A DNA stretch of 62,427 nucleotides, from positions 1 to 62,427 of the forward strand of contig JBKJLC010000040.1 in the NCBI GenBank assembly GCA_046597055.1, written 5' to 3'. The position numbers and the translations under genes were made by a program. The notes under the pieces are model-generated. The model did no database searches, was not told where the DNA came from, and saw only the letters and a program-made list of their open reading frames with translations. The stretch comes from Kofleriaceae bacterium. Lineage in GTDB: Bacteria > Myxococcota_A > Polyangia > Haliangiales > Haliangiaceae. Of the stretch, positions 1 through 9,539 are shown piece by piece. The stretch's first letter is position 1. Each line of letters opens with the position of its first letter.

Positions 1-120
1 CGGGGTGTTTGATGGAACCGTGATCAGCGCAGGGGATGAAAAGGGGAAAGCGGGCGACCATCAGTTTCATTGACCAGAACCGGCCACTTTCCCATCAAAC
101 AAATTGCTCCTGCTGACAAG

Positions 121-382
121 ACAAGTGGCGAGCGAGGTCGACGGCTGGGGCCTCAAGGGCAGCGGCGAGCGGGGTCGACGGCTGGGGCCTCAAGGGCAGC
201 CTCGAGCGGGGTCGCTGGGGCGGGCGTCAAGGCAGGGGCCCGAACGGGGTCGACGGCGGGGGCGTCAAGACAAGTGGCGAGCGGGGTCGACGGGGCGGGC
301 GTCAAGGCAGGGGCCCGAACGGGGTCGACCGGGCGGGCGTCAAGGCAGGGGCCCGAACCGGGTCGGCGGGGCGGGCGTCAAG
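121..382. repeat. Degenerate tandem repeat, 7 units of 37-38 bp
   Basis: TCAAG recurs at 153, 190, 227, 265, 302, 340 and 378. Each unit has a GGTCG(AC) core followed by a G-rich run. Confidence 0.9.
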
Positions 383-822
383 GCCACGGCCCGATGGGGG
401 TCGGTGGGGCGAGTGGGCGAGCAGCCAGAGGGACGTAGATGGCGGGGTGCCAAGGCGGGAGCGAGATGGACATGGATGGCAGGGTGCGAAGGCAGAGGCC
501 GGATGGGCGTCGAGGTGAGGAACGGAGGCCGGCGCGGATGAGGCGAGGGCGAAGGTCGATGGGTGGCGAGGGCGAAGGTGGTTGGGTGTCGAGGTCGCGG
601 CTTTGGCTGGAGGCGCGAAGGGGGGATGAATCGTGCGCCTTGGGCGAGCGTGGAGGGGCGTCGAGGCGAGGCGCGGAGTCCGTGGGGCTCTGGGATTGAG
701 GCTTCTATATCGGGGCGGGTGGGTTGCCGCGGGGCGGGTGGCAATGGCATGCCTGCGAAGGCAATGAGGGACCGAGACCGTGGATGGAGTCACTCGAGGG
801 CAGCGGCGTGAGTGAAGTGAAA

Positions 823-838
823 GGTTCCACGTGGAACA
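823..838. promoter_or_regulatory. parS: parS centromere site (ParB binding)
   Basis: GGTTCCACGTGGAACA, 15/16 match to the palindrome TGTTCCACGTGGAACA; overlaps the bioA ATG. Confidence 0.85.
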
Positions 839-2202
839 TGGGTTGGGCGGAGCGGGACAAGCGGGTCTTGTGGCATCCGTTCACCTCGATGAGGGAATGG
901 GTGGAAGGGACGCCGCTGGTGATCGCCGGTGCTCACGGGAACTACCTGGTTGATAGCGACGGGCGCCGCTATTTCGACGGGGTCAGCTCACTGTGGGTGA
1001 CGGTTCACGGCCACGGACACGCCAGGATCGTCGCAGCGATTGGCCGACAGGCGGCCGAGCTGGATCACTCGACGATGCTCGGGCTCACGCACCCGAAGGC
1101 GATCGAGCTGGCTGAGCGGCTGGTGGCGATCGCACCGGCCGGGCTGACGCGGGTCTTCTATTCGGACAGTGGCTCGACGGCTGTCGAAATTGCCCTGAAG
1201 CAGGCGTTCCAGTACTGGGCTCATCGCGGGAGGCCCGGAAAGCAGCGATTCCTCCATGTGGCGGACGCCTATCATGGCGATACGCTCGGGGCGGTTGGGG
1301 TCGGAGGGATCTCGCTGTTTCACCGAGTATTCGGGCCGCTCATCGTGCAGGGGCTTGCAGTGCCGTCGCCGGCGACTGTGAGGTGCGGAAGTACCGAGTC
1401 GGCTGGTGCCCGGACCATCAGAGCCGGGGTGCGTGAGGAGGAGGCGGTCACGGCACAGGCGCTCGCGGAGGCGCTTGCGGCGGTGGACGAGGTGCTGGCG
1501 AAGCACGCGGGCGAGCTGGCGGCGTTCGTCATCGAGCCGTTGGTGCAGGGGGCGGCCGGGATGCTGGTGCACCCGCCGGGCTACCTGGCTGGGGTCGCGC
1601 GGCGCTGCAAGGACGCGGAGGTGCTGCTGATCGTCGACGAAGTGGCGACGGGCTTCGGGCGAACGGGGACAATGTTCGCGTGCGAGCAGGAAGGGGTCAG
1701 TCCTGACTTCCTGTGCCTTGCGAAGGGGCTGACCGGCGGGACGCTGCCTCTGGCGGCCACACTGGCGACCGAAGAGGTGTTCTCGGCGTTCCTGGCGGCT
1801 CGGGTCGAGGGAAAAACGTTCTTTCACGGGCACACGTACACGGGGAACCCAATCGCCTGTGCGGCAGCGCTGGCGACGCTCGATCTGTTCGAGGCCGAGA
1901 AGACGCTCGAGAACGCGGTGCGAATCGAGGGCTGGATCGACGCGGAGCTCGCGGGGCTTCGGTCGATGCCGGCGGTGGCGAGCACGCGGCAGAAGGGCAC
2001 GATGGCTGGGATCGAGCTGCGCACGTACGCCCCGGAGCTCTTCATGGGCTCGCGCGTGTGCGAAGCGGCCCGTGCGCACGGGGTGATCTTGCGACCGCTC
2101 GGGGACGTGATCGTCTGGATGCCACCGTTGTCGAGCACAGCGGACGAGGTGAAGCTGCTCGCAACGGCGACGCGATGCGCGATCGAGGAGACTTGTGGCT
2201 GA
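838..2202 (+). CDS. bioA: Adenosylmethionine-8-amino-7-oxononanoate (DAPA) aminotransferase
   Basis: WHPFT, SSLWVTVHGH, SGSTAVEIALK, YHGDT, DEVATGFGRTG, PLP lysine in LAKGLTGG, FFHGHTYTGNP. Start ATG 838 (GTG 808 possible). Confidence 0.95.
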   Translation: MGWAERDKRVLWHPFTSMREWVEGTPLVIAGAHGNYLVDSDGRRYFDGVSSLWVTVHGHGHARIVAAIGRQAAELDHSTMLGLTHPKAIELAERLVAIAPAGLTRVFYSDSGSTAVEIALKQAFQYWAHRGRPGKQRFLHVADAYHGDTLGAVGVGGISLFHRVFGPLIVQGLAVPSPATVRCGSTESAGARTIRAGVREEEAVTAQALAEALAAVDEVLAKHAGELAAFVIEPLVQGAAGMLVHPPGYLAGVARRCKDAEVLLIVDEVATGFGRTGTMFACEQEGVSPDFLCLAKGLTGGTLPLAATLATEEVFSAFLAARVEGKTFFHGHTYTGNPIACAAALATLDLFEAEKTLENAVRIEGWIDAELAGLRSMPAVASTRQKGTMAGIELRTYAPELFMGSRVCEAARAHGVILRPLGDVIVWMPPLSSTADEVKLLATATRCAIEETCG

Positions 2203-2857
2203 CGCTCCCAGGCTGGTGCTGGTGACGGGCACCGACACAGGCGTCGGGAAGACGTTCGTCACCGAGCGCTTGATCCGTTGGCTGCGCGCACGTGGGACGG
2301 ATGCGATCGCTCTCAAGCCGGTGGAGACCGGATGGGATCGGGATAGCAGCGATGCGGCCCGGCTCGCGGATGCCAGCGGTCGGACGGTCGAGCAGACGAT
2401 CTGGCAGCACTTCGCGCGGCCGGCGTCGCCACGGAACGCGGCGAGGGCCGAAGGTCGCGCACTCGATCAGGACGAGATGGTGGCCTGGGTGACCCGGGCC
2501 GCGAGCGGCGTCGATCTGTGCCTGGTGGAGGGCGCAGGCGGCTGGCTCGTGCCGTTCGCATCGGACTGGCTGTTTCGCGACGTGGCCGCGCGGCTCGGGG
2601 CACCAGTCCTGATCGTTGCGCGTTCGACACTTGGCACGATCAACCACTCACTGCTCACCGCGGAGTCCGTGGGCCCACGCAATCGGGTGCTCGGCGTGGC
2701 GTTGTCGGTGCTGCCAGCACTCGATCCACAGGTTGCCCACAGCAACCGGGATGAGATTCAAGAGCGGATCGACGCCCCGGTTCTGGTGTTCCCTGAGGAG
2801 CTGGACCGCCTGGGAACCCTGTTCCACGTGGAACTTACGCGGGACGGTACGCGATGA
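2195..2857 (+). CDS. bioD: Dethiobiotin synthase
   Basis: TGTDTGVGKT P-loop, KPVETG, VEGAGG, LGTINH; overlaps the bioA stop. Confidence 0.95.
   Translation: MADAPRLVLVTGTDTGVGKTFVTERLIRWLRARGTDAIALKPVETGWDRDSSDAARLADASGRTVEQTIWQHFARPASPRNAARAEGRALDQDEMVAWVTRAASGVDLCLVEGAGGWLVPFASDWLFRDVAARLGAPVLIVARSTLGTINHSLLTAESVGPRNRVLGVALSVLPALDPQVAHSNRDEIQERIDAPVLVFPEELDRLGTLFHVELTRDGTR
2820..2835. promoter_or_regulatory. parS: parS centromere site (ParB binding)
   Basis: TGTTCCACGTGGAACT, 15/16 match; lies in the bioD 3' end, at the rsmG stop. Confidence 0.85.
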
Positions 2858-3413
2858 CGGCCCGTGTCCGGTCGCCGTGCTGATACGGATGACGAGTCGC
2901 GCCATCGGGAAGGCTGTGGATTTCTCGACCTTCCATGCCGATCACGAGACCGCCGGGTCGGATGACGCTCCGGCCGAGCTCGAGCCACTCGCTGAGGTCG
3001 AACGTCGCACGCGACACGGCGACGTCGAAATCGTGGTGTCGCGCGGGGTCGAGACGCTCGGGCTGCACCAGCATCTCGATGCCGAGCTCACGCGCGGCCG
3101 ATGACTGAAAAGCCGCCTTCTTGTGGACGGGCTCCAGGCTGGTGACGTGCACCTTGCGGCACAGCGCCAGCGGGATGCCGGGCAGGCCACCGCCGCTGCC
3201 AACGTCTATGATCTTTTGACCGTCTTCCACGAATGGAAGGATGGCCAGGCTGTCGATGACATGCACCGCGACCTCGGCGGGTGTGCGGGCGGCCGACAGG
3301 TTGATCTTCTGGTTCCAGCGCACGAAGCGCTCGACGAAGGAGATCAGCCGGCCGCTTGCGGCGCTCGCGCCGTACCCACTTGCCGCGAGCGTCAGATCAT
3401 CCGTCCACGACAT
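2835..3413 (-). CDS. rsmG: 16S rRNA m7G527 methyltransferase (GidB)
   Basis: WNQKINLS, HVIDSL, DVGSGGGLPGIPLA, KKAAF, VSRA. Confidence 0.93.
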   Translation of the reverse strand: MSWTDDLTLAASGYGASAASGRLISFVERFVRWNQKINLSAARTPAEVAVHVIDSLAILPFVEDGQKIIDVGSGGGLPGIPLALCRKVHVTSLEPVHKKAAFQSSAARELGIEMLVQPERLDPARHHDFDVAVSRATFDLSEWLELGRSVIRPGGLVIGMEGREIHSLPDGATRHPYQHGDRTRAVIAYRPA

Positions 3414-4563
3414 CGAGGATCAGCTTGCTCGCGCGCGGCGCTACCAGCAACTCACCGGCGCCGCTGATCGCGTCCGCGAGGGACGGGCACCACGAGGCAT
3501 AGCTCGGTCGAACGGTGGCCTCGTCGAGTGAGGACACCAGCCGGATGCGATGGCCGGGTGGGAGGCGCGGCCGCAGGCCGATGTCGTAGATGGCTCGGTT
3601 GACGACCTCGAGCGGACCGACGCCTTCCGTGCAGGGCGCAACCAGAACGATGGTTCCGTCGGGCGCGAGCAGCGACGCAACGGCCGCGATGCACTTGCTC
3701 GCCTGATACAGGCTGGCGGTCACGGGGAGCCGGTCCGCCACGACGATCCACGACGCCGCACGCGCCCGGGCCTGGACCCCGAACCATGGCGCCGCCAGGT
3801 TTGCGCCATGCCGTAACGCCAGGTCGACATCGCCGGCGACCGCCGCCCGCAAGCGCTCGTCGGGATCGGCGACCCCATCCAGGAGAAACGCGCGGGGTGC
3901 GGCCAGACGACGCGCTTCCTCGAGATCGAGGCGGCATGGGTTGGTATCGACCACGCCCGCGCGCGCATCGGGGTGCACCTTCCACTGATGGTTCTGGCGG
4001 GCGCTCACCGCCGAGGCGAGCCCGGGGAAGATCGCCTTCGCGCCGGCGCCCCAGCCAGCGAAGTAGTGCGGCCGGATGACGCCGGTCGCCACCACCAGGT
4101 CCGCCTCGACCACCGTGCGATGGACGACCACAGCGGTGCCGCGCGTGGTCGTACCGACCTCGAGCAGGTCGCGGGCATCGTGGCCGTCGTGGTCGATGAC
4201 GGTCGCGTCGCCGACGAGCGAGTGCGGCAGCCCGAGCTGGGATAGTCCACCGCTCCGACCGTGGGTACCGGTCGCGACCGCGATCGTCAGCCGTACTGAC
4301 GGGAGGCGGCGCCGGACCGCTGCCACCAGGGCCGCGCGGGGCTCGTCACGGGTCGCGTCGCTGACGATCACGGTCACCCGGTCGCCCGAACGCACCTGCT
4401 CCTCGAGGCGCGGGGCACCGATCGGTGCGTCGAGCGCCCTTTCGAGCAGCGCGGAAACCGAATGCGTCGGCGGCGAGAGGACCGCGGCCTCGAGCCACCG
4501 GAGGTGCGCGGCGGTCGAGACCCTGAGGTGCTCGGGCCCGAACGGCAGCACGAGGTCGGTCAC
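3397..4563 (-). CDS. Lactate racemase (LarA-family) nickel-pincer enzyme
   Basis: ALDAPIG, SDATR, ATGTH, DHD, PHYFAGWGAGAKAIFPG, LYQASK, PCTEGVG. Confidence 0.85.
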   Translation of the reverse strand: MTDLVLPFGPEHLRVSTAAHLRWLEAAVLSPPTHSVSALLERALDAPIGAPRLEEQVRSGDRVTVIVSDATRDEPRAALVAAVRRRLPSVRLTIAVATGTHGRSGGLSQLGLPHSLVGDATVIDHDGHDARDLLEVGTTTRGTAVVVHRTVVEADLVVATGVIRPHYFAGWGAGAKAIFPGLASAVSARQNHQWKVHPDARAGVVDTNPCRLDLEEARRLAAPRAFLLDGVADPDERLRAAVAGDVDLALRHGANLAAPWFGVQARARAASWIVVADRLPVTASLYQASKCIAAVASLLAPDGTIVLVAPCTEGVGPLEVVNRAIYDIGLRPRLPPGHRIRLVSSLDEATVRPSYASWCPSLADAISGAGELLVAPRASKLILDVVDG

Positions 4564-5400
4564 CGGGCCACGGTAGCCGTCGGCTACCCGGCCGTCACGC
4601 GGCGAACGAATGCGGCGGCGGGAAGAGGACGGCGGCAGTGCTCCGGCCCGGACGGCAGCACGCGGTCGGTCACCGGGCCACGGTGGCCGTCGGCTGCCCG
4701 GCCGTCACGCGGCGCACGAATGCGGCGGCGGGGAGAGGACGGCGGCCGATGGGCGGAAGCGGTGGCGGTGTGGCGGTGCTCAGTCCCGAACGGCACCCCG
4801 AGGTCCGGCCCCCGGCCCCGGTGGCCGTTGGCTGCCCGGACGTCCCCCCGCGCACGAATGCGTCGGCGGCGGGATCCCCGTGGTCGCGAGGCCGTCGGGT
4901 ACCCGCGCGTCAAACGGCCACCCGAGGCCAAGCGCCGGCAGCGGGAGGACCGTGGCCGCGAGCACGTGGGTGGCGGTGGCGGCCCGGCGCTGCTCGGGCC
5001 CGGACCGTAGATCGAGGGCGGTCACCGGGCCACGGTAGCCATTCAGTACCGCGCGTTGCGCGGCCACCGCGGACGGCGGCGCCGAGACGACCGAGGCCGC
5101 GCGGGGGCCGGACGTGGGCGCCGGTGGCGATCCTGAGGTCCTCGGGCCCGAACGGCGGCTCGAAGTCGGCCACCGGGCACGGAACTCGTCAGCTACCCGC
5201 GAGGCACGAAGCCACCGCGAGCCTCGGGCGTGATAACCGCGGCGTCGAGGCCGTGGACGGCGATGGCGATGGCGATGGCGATGGCGATGGCGATGGCGAT
5301 GGCGATGGCGATGGCGCCGGCGGCGGTGCTCGGGTGCGACCGGCAGCTCGAGGTCGGCCAAGAGGCGCCGGAAGCCGTCAGCTACCCGCGCGTCGGGAGG
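4459..5400. repeat. Decaying tandem copies (about 6 including the gene copy) of the larA-like 5' end plus promoter
   Basis: CGAATGCG at 4459, 4607, 4717, 4855. GGTCACCGGGCCACGG at 4558, 4668, 5020, with degenerate copies near 4805, 5168 and 5355. Confidence 0.85.
5259..5312. repeat. Microsatellite (GGCGAT)x9
   Basis: Nine perfect hexamer units, intergenic. Confidence 0.95.
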
Positions 5401-5495
5401 CCACCGAATGGCTGACAGGCGCCGAGTCGAGTACCATTGCTCCCGCCCGGGGCGGTGCGGCACCTCGGTGAACGTCCACGCCGCGACCAGCGTAC

Positions 5496-8400
5496 GTGTC
5501 CAAACAGAGCCTCCTTCTCATCGACGGTGACCCGCGGAGCCTCAGGGTTCTCGAGGTCTCGCTCAAGAAGGCGGGCTTCAACGTCACGACCGCGGTCAAC
5601 GGCAAGGATGCGCTCGACAAGGTCGAGCTCGCGCCGCCCGACCTGGTGATCGCCGAGACGCTGCTCGAGGAGATCGACGGCTTCGCGTTCTGCCAGCAGC
5701 TCAAGGCCAACCCGGCCTGGGCCGACATACCGTTTGTATTCCTGACGGCGCAGACCGACATCGAGTCGAAGATCAAGGGACTCGAGCTTGGCGTCGACGA
5801 CTACCTGACCAAGCCGATCTACATCAAAGAGATCGTTGCCCGTGCGCGCATCCTCCTGCAGAAGCGCCAGCGGACCCGCATCGAGGAGCGCCGCGACGGG
5901 CGCACCCGGTTCGCCGGTCGCCTGGCGGACATGCCGGTGGTCGATCTGATCCAGACCGTCGAGATCAGCCGGAAGTCGGGGCTCATCCACTTCACCGGCG
6001 ACGAGGCGAAGCAAGCGGCGATCTACTTTCGTGACGGCAAGGTGATCGACGCCGAGGCTGGGCCGCTCCAGGCCGAGGACGCCGTGTACCGGCTCCTGAC
6101 CTGGAACGACGGTGACTTCGAGGTCGTGTTCCGCACCGTGCGTCGCCGCGATGCGATCACGGTGTCGGCGCAGGCGCTCCTGATGGAGGGCATGCGGCGC
6201 CTCGACGAGTGGGGCCGCCTGTGCGAGCAGCTGCCGCCGCTGGAGACCCGCTTCGAGGTCGATGCGCGCGAGCTGTCGACGCGCCTCGGCGAGATCCCCG
6301 ACGAGCACAACGCGATCTTGCGGCTGTTCGACACCCGCCGGTCGGTGATGGAGGTCGTCGACGCCAGCGACTTCGGCGACCTCGAGTGTCTCGAGGTGAT
6401 CGCGAAGCTTTACTTCGAGGGCCTGCTGCTGGAGCTGGGGCCGCCGCGCGCGCCGGCCACGACCGAGTGGGTGGTCGCGTCGGCGGTGCTCGATCAGACG
6501 CCGGCGCCGAGCGCCGAGATGATGCTGTCGGATCCGTTCGCCGGCATGATGGACGAGCCGGACGAGGTCCCGGGGCCGGCGCCCGACGCCGAACCGGGGC
6601 CCCCGCCCGAGGCCGACGCGGTCGCGGCCGCGGTGCTCGCGCTCGCGGCGGTCGATACCGCGGCGGCGTACCGTCCGCCGATCCGACGCAAGAGCCTGAT
6701 CGAGCGGGCGATCGATGAGTCCGAGCTGATCGGGGTCGGCGACGTCGACACGATCCTCAGGACCGGGCCAACCAAGGCCGCCGACGCGGTGCCCGAGGAG
6801 GTACACGAGCCCGACGACCTCGGGCAGGACCCGCGGCCAGCGATGGACGCGTTCGATGATCCCGACGGGCCGACTCCGTTGCCGCCGCCGTGGGTGCTCG
6901 AGGAGACGGACGACTCGACCGGACCGCGAGTCGTGACGTCGATGGGGGCGGATACCGCGAGCGCGGCGGGTGAGGTCGATCGAGATGATCGACTGTCGTC
7001 CCGGCCGGAGCCGCAGCGCGAGCTCGTCACGATCATTCCCAAGCGGCAGTCGCGGGATCAGCTGGCCGACGCTGTCGAGGACAGCGGGGACCGGGATGCG
7101 GCGGTGTCGGCGGGCGTGGAAGATGGGTCGGCGGGCGCGGTTGCGACGGCGGCGGGGGCAGGCGCAGGTGCAGGTGCAGGTGCAGGTGCAGGTGCAGGTG
7201 CAGGTGCAGGTGCAGGTGCAGGTGCAGGTGCAGGTGCGGCAGGACTGGTGACGGCATCGGGTGCGCAGGCCGCAGCGGCCGCAGCAGCGGCAGCGGCAGC
7301 GGCAGCGGCAGCGGCAGCGGCAGCGGCAGCGGCAGCGGCAGCGGCAGCGGCAGCAGCGGCAGCACCGGCAGCGGCAGCAGCGGCAGCAGCGGCAGCAGCG
7401 GCAGCACCGGCATCGGGTGCGCAGGCCGCCGCAGCAGCGGCAGCGGCGCGGGCCGAAGCGGCGCGGGCTGCCGCGCCGCCGCGGGCTGCCGCCGGCGCGG
7501 GAATGGCTACAACGGCGACTGCGGCGACGACCACGGCCGCTGTGATGGCTACGCCGGCAGCAAAAGTTGGTGCGGGCGCGGCTATGGCGGGCGGCTCGTC
7601 AGAGGCGAGACCGACCGCGGGGGCCGCGCCCCGGCGCATGCCGACCGCGCGGGAGCCGGCCTCGGACGCCGGCGCTTCGGGCGAGGCGGCGGGCACGCGC
7701 GCGCCGGTCGCCGGGGTTGGACGGCCGCGGCGCGCACGCACGCTGCCCCCGCCGCCGACGAAGCCCGAGCCGCCGGGCGTGGCGCCGCTGACCGAGGCGC
7801 CGTCAGAGCCGCGCCGTCCCCAGTGGGGCGCGGTGGCGATCGGCGCGGCGGCGGTCGCGCTGCTGGCGTTCGTGGTCGTTCGCGCGGGACGGGACGGAGG
7901 GCGCGCGCCGCTCGCGCGGGTCGACGCGGGCGTGGCGACGATGGTGGTGGACGCGGGCGAGCCTGACCGGGGCGCGGTCCCAGGCGCGGCGGGCGCGGCG
8001 GACGCATCGGAAGCTTCCGGCGCGGAGGTCGCACACGACGGCGGCGTCGCGACGAGCGCGCCCGACGCCGCGGGCCGCGCGGCCGTGCCCATCGACGCGA
8101 CCGCCGACTACAAGGAGAAGGTCGCGCAGGCCAAGGAGGCGCTGGCCGACGGCGACTACGCGCAGGCGCTGGTCCACGCCGAGGCGTCGGTCAAGCTGCG
8201 CCGGACGGCGCGCGGCTACATCATGAAGGCGGACGCGCTGCGTCGGCTGACGCGCATCGACGAGGCCCTGGCCGCGGCGGACGCGGCGATAAGGTTGCAG
8301 CCGACCTTCGCGCCGGCCTGGGAGACCAAGGGCAAGATCTTGTGGAGCGAGCGGCGGTATGCCGAGGCGCGTCCGGTGTACGAGCGCTTCCTCGAGCTCC

Positions 8401-8501
8401 AGCCGCGCGGCGAAGCCGCCCAGACGGTGCGCGCCCTGCTCGCTCCGAAGCCAACGCGGAACGCGCCGCCAGCACCCGAGGCGCCGTCGCGCGCGCCGTA
8501 G
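5496..8501 (+). CDS. Atypical receiver + DUF4388/PATAN-like domain + low-complexity linker + TM helix + C-terminal TPRs
   Basis: REC fold (PFVFLT, DDYLTKP); DUF4388-like [60 protein letters not shown] helices at the end. Confidence 0.85.
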   Translation: MSKQSLLLIDGDPRSLRVLEVSLKKAGFNVTTAVNGKDALDKVELAPPDLVIAETLLEEIDGFAFCQQLKANPAWADIPFVFLTAQTDIESKIKGLELGVDDYLTKPIYIKEIVARARILLQKRQRTRIEERRDGRTRFAGRLADMPVVDLIQTVEISRKSGLIHFTGDEAKQAAIYFRDGKVIDAEAGPLQAEDAVYRLLTWNDGDFEVVFRTVRRRDAITVSAQALLMEGMRRLDEWGRLCEQLPPLETRFEVDARELSTRLGEIPDEHNAILRLFDTRRSVMEVVDASDFGDLECLEVIAKLYFEGLLLELGPPRAPATTEWVVASAVLDQTPAPSAEMMLSDPFAGMMDEPDEVPGPAPDAEPGPPPEADAVAAAVLALAAVDTAAAYRPPIRRKSLIERAIDESELIGVGDVDTILRTGPTKAADAVPEEVHEPDDLGQDPRPAMDAFDDPDGPTPLPPPWVLEETDDSTGPRVVTSMGADTASAAGEVDRDDRLSSRPEPQRELVTIIPKRQSRDQLADAVEDSGDRDAAVSAGVEDGSAGAVATAAGAGAGAGAGAGAGAGAGAGAGAGAGAGAAGLVTASGAQAAAAAAAAAAAAAAAAAAAAAAAAAAAAAAAAPAAAAAAAAAAAAAPASGAQAAAAAAAARAEAARAAAPPRAAAGAGMATTATAATTTAAVMATPAAKVGAGAAMAGGSSEARPTAGAAPRRMPTAREPASDAGASGEAAGTRAPVAGVGRPRRARTLPPPPTKPEPPGVAPLTEAPSEPRRPQWGAVAIGAAAVALLAFVVVRAGRDGGRAPLARVDAGVATMVVDAGEPDRGAVPGAAGAADASEASGAEVAHDGGVATSAPDAAGRAAVPIDATADYKEKVAQAKEALADGDYAQALVHAEASVKLRRTARGYIMKADALRRLTRIDEALAAADAAIRLQPTFAPAWETKGKILWSERRYAEARPVYERFLELQPRGEAAQTVRALLAPKPTRNAPPAPEAPSRAP
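7164..7447 (+). repeat. Coding microsatellites: (GCAGGT)x12 (Ala-Gly), then GCAGCG/GCA poly-Ala tracts
   Basis: 12 perfect units at 7164-7235; poly-Ala from about 7272 to 7447. Confidence 0.93.
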
Positions 8502-8513
8502 TAGGGTTCCACG

Positions 8514-9539
8514 GTGCTCGTGCTCGGACTCGAGAGCTCCTGTGATGAGACTGCCGCGGCGATCGTCGCCGACGGTCGTCGGGTGCTGTCCGACGTGATC
8601 GCGTCGCAGGACGATGTGCACCGACCGTACGGCGGCGTGGTGCCCGAGCTGGCGTCGCGCGCCCACGTCGTCAACGTGATCCCGGTGCTCGGCGCCGCGC
8701 TCGAGCGCGCAGGCGTCGGGCTCGACGCGATCGACGGCATCGCGGTCACCCACGGGCCCGGCCTGGTCGGTGCGCTCCTGGTCGCGGTCCAGACCGCCAA
8801 GGCCCTGGCGTGGGCGCGCGGGCTGCCGCTGGTCGGGGTCCATCATCTCGAGGGCCACCTGGCCGCGATCCAGCTCGAGCCCGATCCGCCGCCGATGCCG
8901 CACCTCGCGCTCATCGTGTCGGGCGGCCATACCTCGCTGGTCCGGGTCGAGGATCACGGCGAGGTCGTCGAGCTCGGGCGAACCCGCGACGACGCCGCCG
9001 GCGAGGCCTTCGACAAGGGCGCCAAGCTGCTCGGGCTCGGATATCCCGGCGGCGCGGTGGTCGACCGGCTGGCCCGCACCGGCGATCCGCGGGCGGTGCT
9101 GTTTCCCCGCGCGATGATGGGCAAGAACTTCGGCGACGACTTCTCGTTCTCGGGGCTGAAGACCGCCCTGCTCCATCACGTGCGGGCCCATGGCGTGCCC
9201 GACGGGCAGGCGCTCGCCGACCTGTGCGCGAGCTACCAGGACGCGATCGTCGAGGCCCTGGTGCGAAAGACCCGACGGGCCGCGGCCCGCGAGGGGCTCA
9301 CCCACGTGCAGGTCTGCGGCGGGGTCGCGGCCAACAGCGCGCTGCGGACGGCGCTGCGCGCGGCCGGCGCGGCCGATGGCTTCACCGTGCACGTGCCCCC
9401 GCCGGGGCGGTGCACCGACAACGCCGCGATGATCGCGGCCGCGGGCTATCACCGCCTGGTGCGAGGCGAGCGCGCGGGCTTCGACCTCAACGCGCACCCG
9501 ACCATGCCGCTGCCGCGCCGGAGCCGGGATGCCGCCTGA
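8514..9539 (+). CDS. tsaD: tRNA threonylcarbamoyltransferase
   Basis: LGLESSCDET, GGVVPELASRAH, HHLEGH, SGGHT, DDAAGEAFDK, SFSGLKT, CTDNAAMIA. Confidence 0.97.
   Translation: MLVLGLESSCDETAAAIVADGRRVLSDVIASQDDVHRPYGGVVPELASRAHVVNVIPVLGAALERAGVGLDAIDGIAVTHGPGLVGALLVAVQTAKALAWARGLPLVGVHHLEGHLAAIQLEPDPPPMPHLALIVSGGHTSLVRVEDHGEVVELGRTRDDAAGEAFDKGAKLLGLGYPGGAVVDRLARTGDPRAVLFPRAMMGKNFGDDFSFSGLKTALLHHVRAHGVPDGQALADLCASYQDAIVEALVRKTRRAAAREGLTHVQVCGGVAANSALRTALRAAGAADGFTVHVPPPGRCTDNAAMIAAAGYHRLVRGERAGFDLNAHPTMPLPRRSRDAA

Noticed and set aside
121..382. CRISPR array
   Set aside because: Units are contiguous and degenerate along their whole length, with no unique spacers and no cas genes in the window.
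70..811. ORFs in the first 800 bp and the 724 start for bioA
   Set aside because: Repeat-derived, low-complexity translations; BioA similarity begins near 838.
4462..5471. Protein-coding ORFs or a diversity-generating retroelement template in the echo region
   Set aside because: Copies are frameshifted relative to each other, differences are not adenine-specific, and no reverse transcriptase is present.
8505..8514. Third parS site (GGTTCCACGG)
   Set aside because: Only a half-site; better explained as the spacer between a -10 box and the tsaD start.
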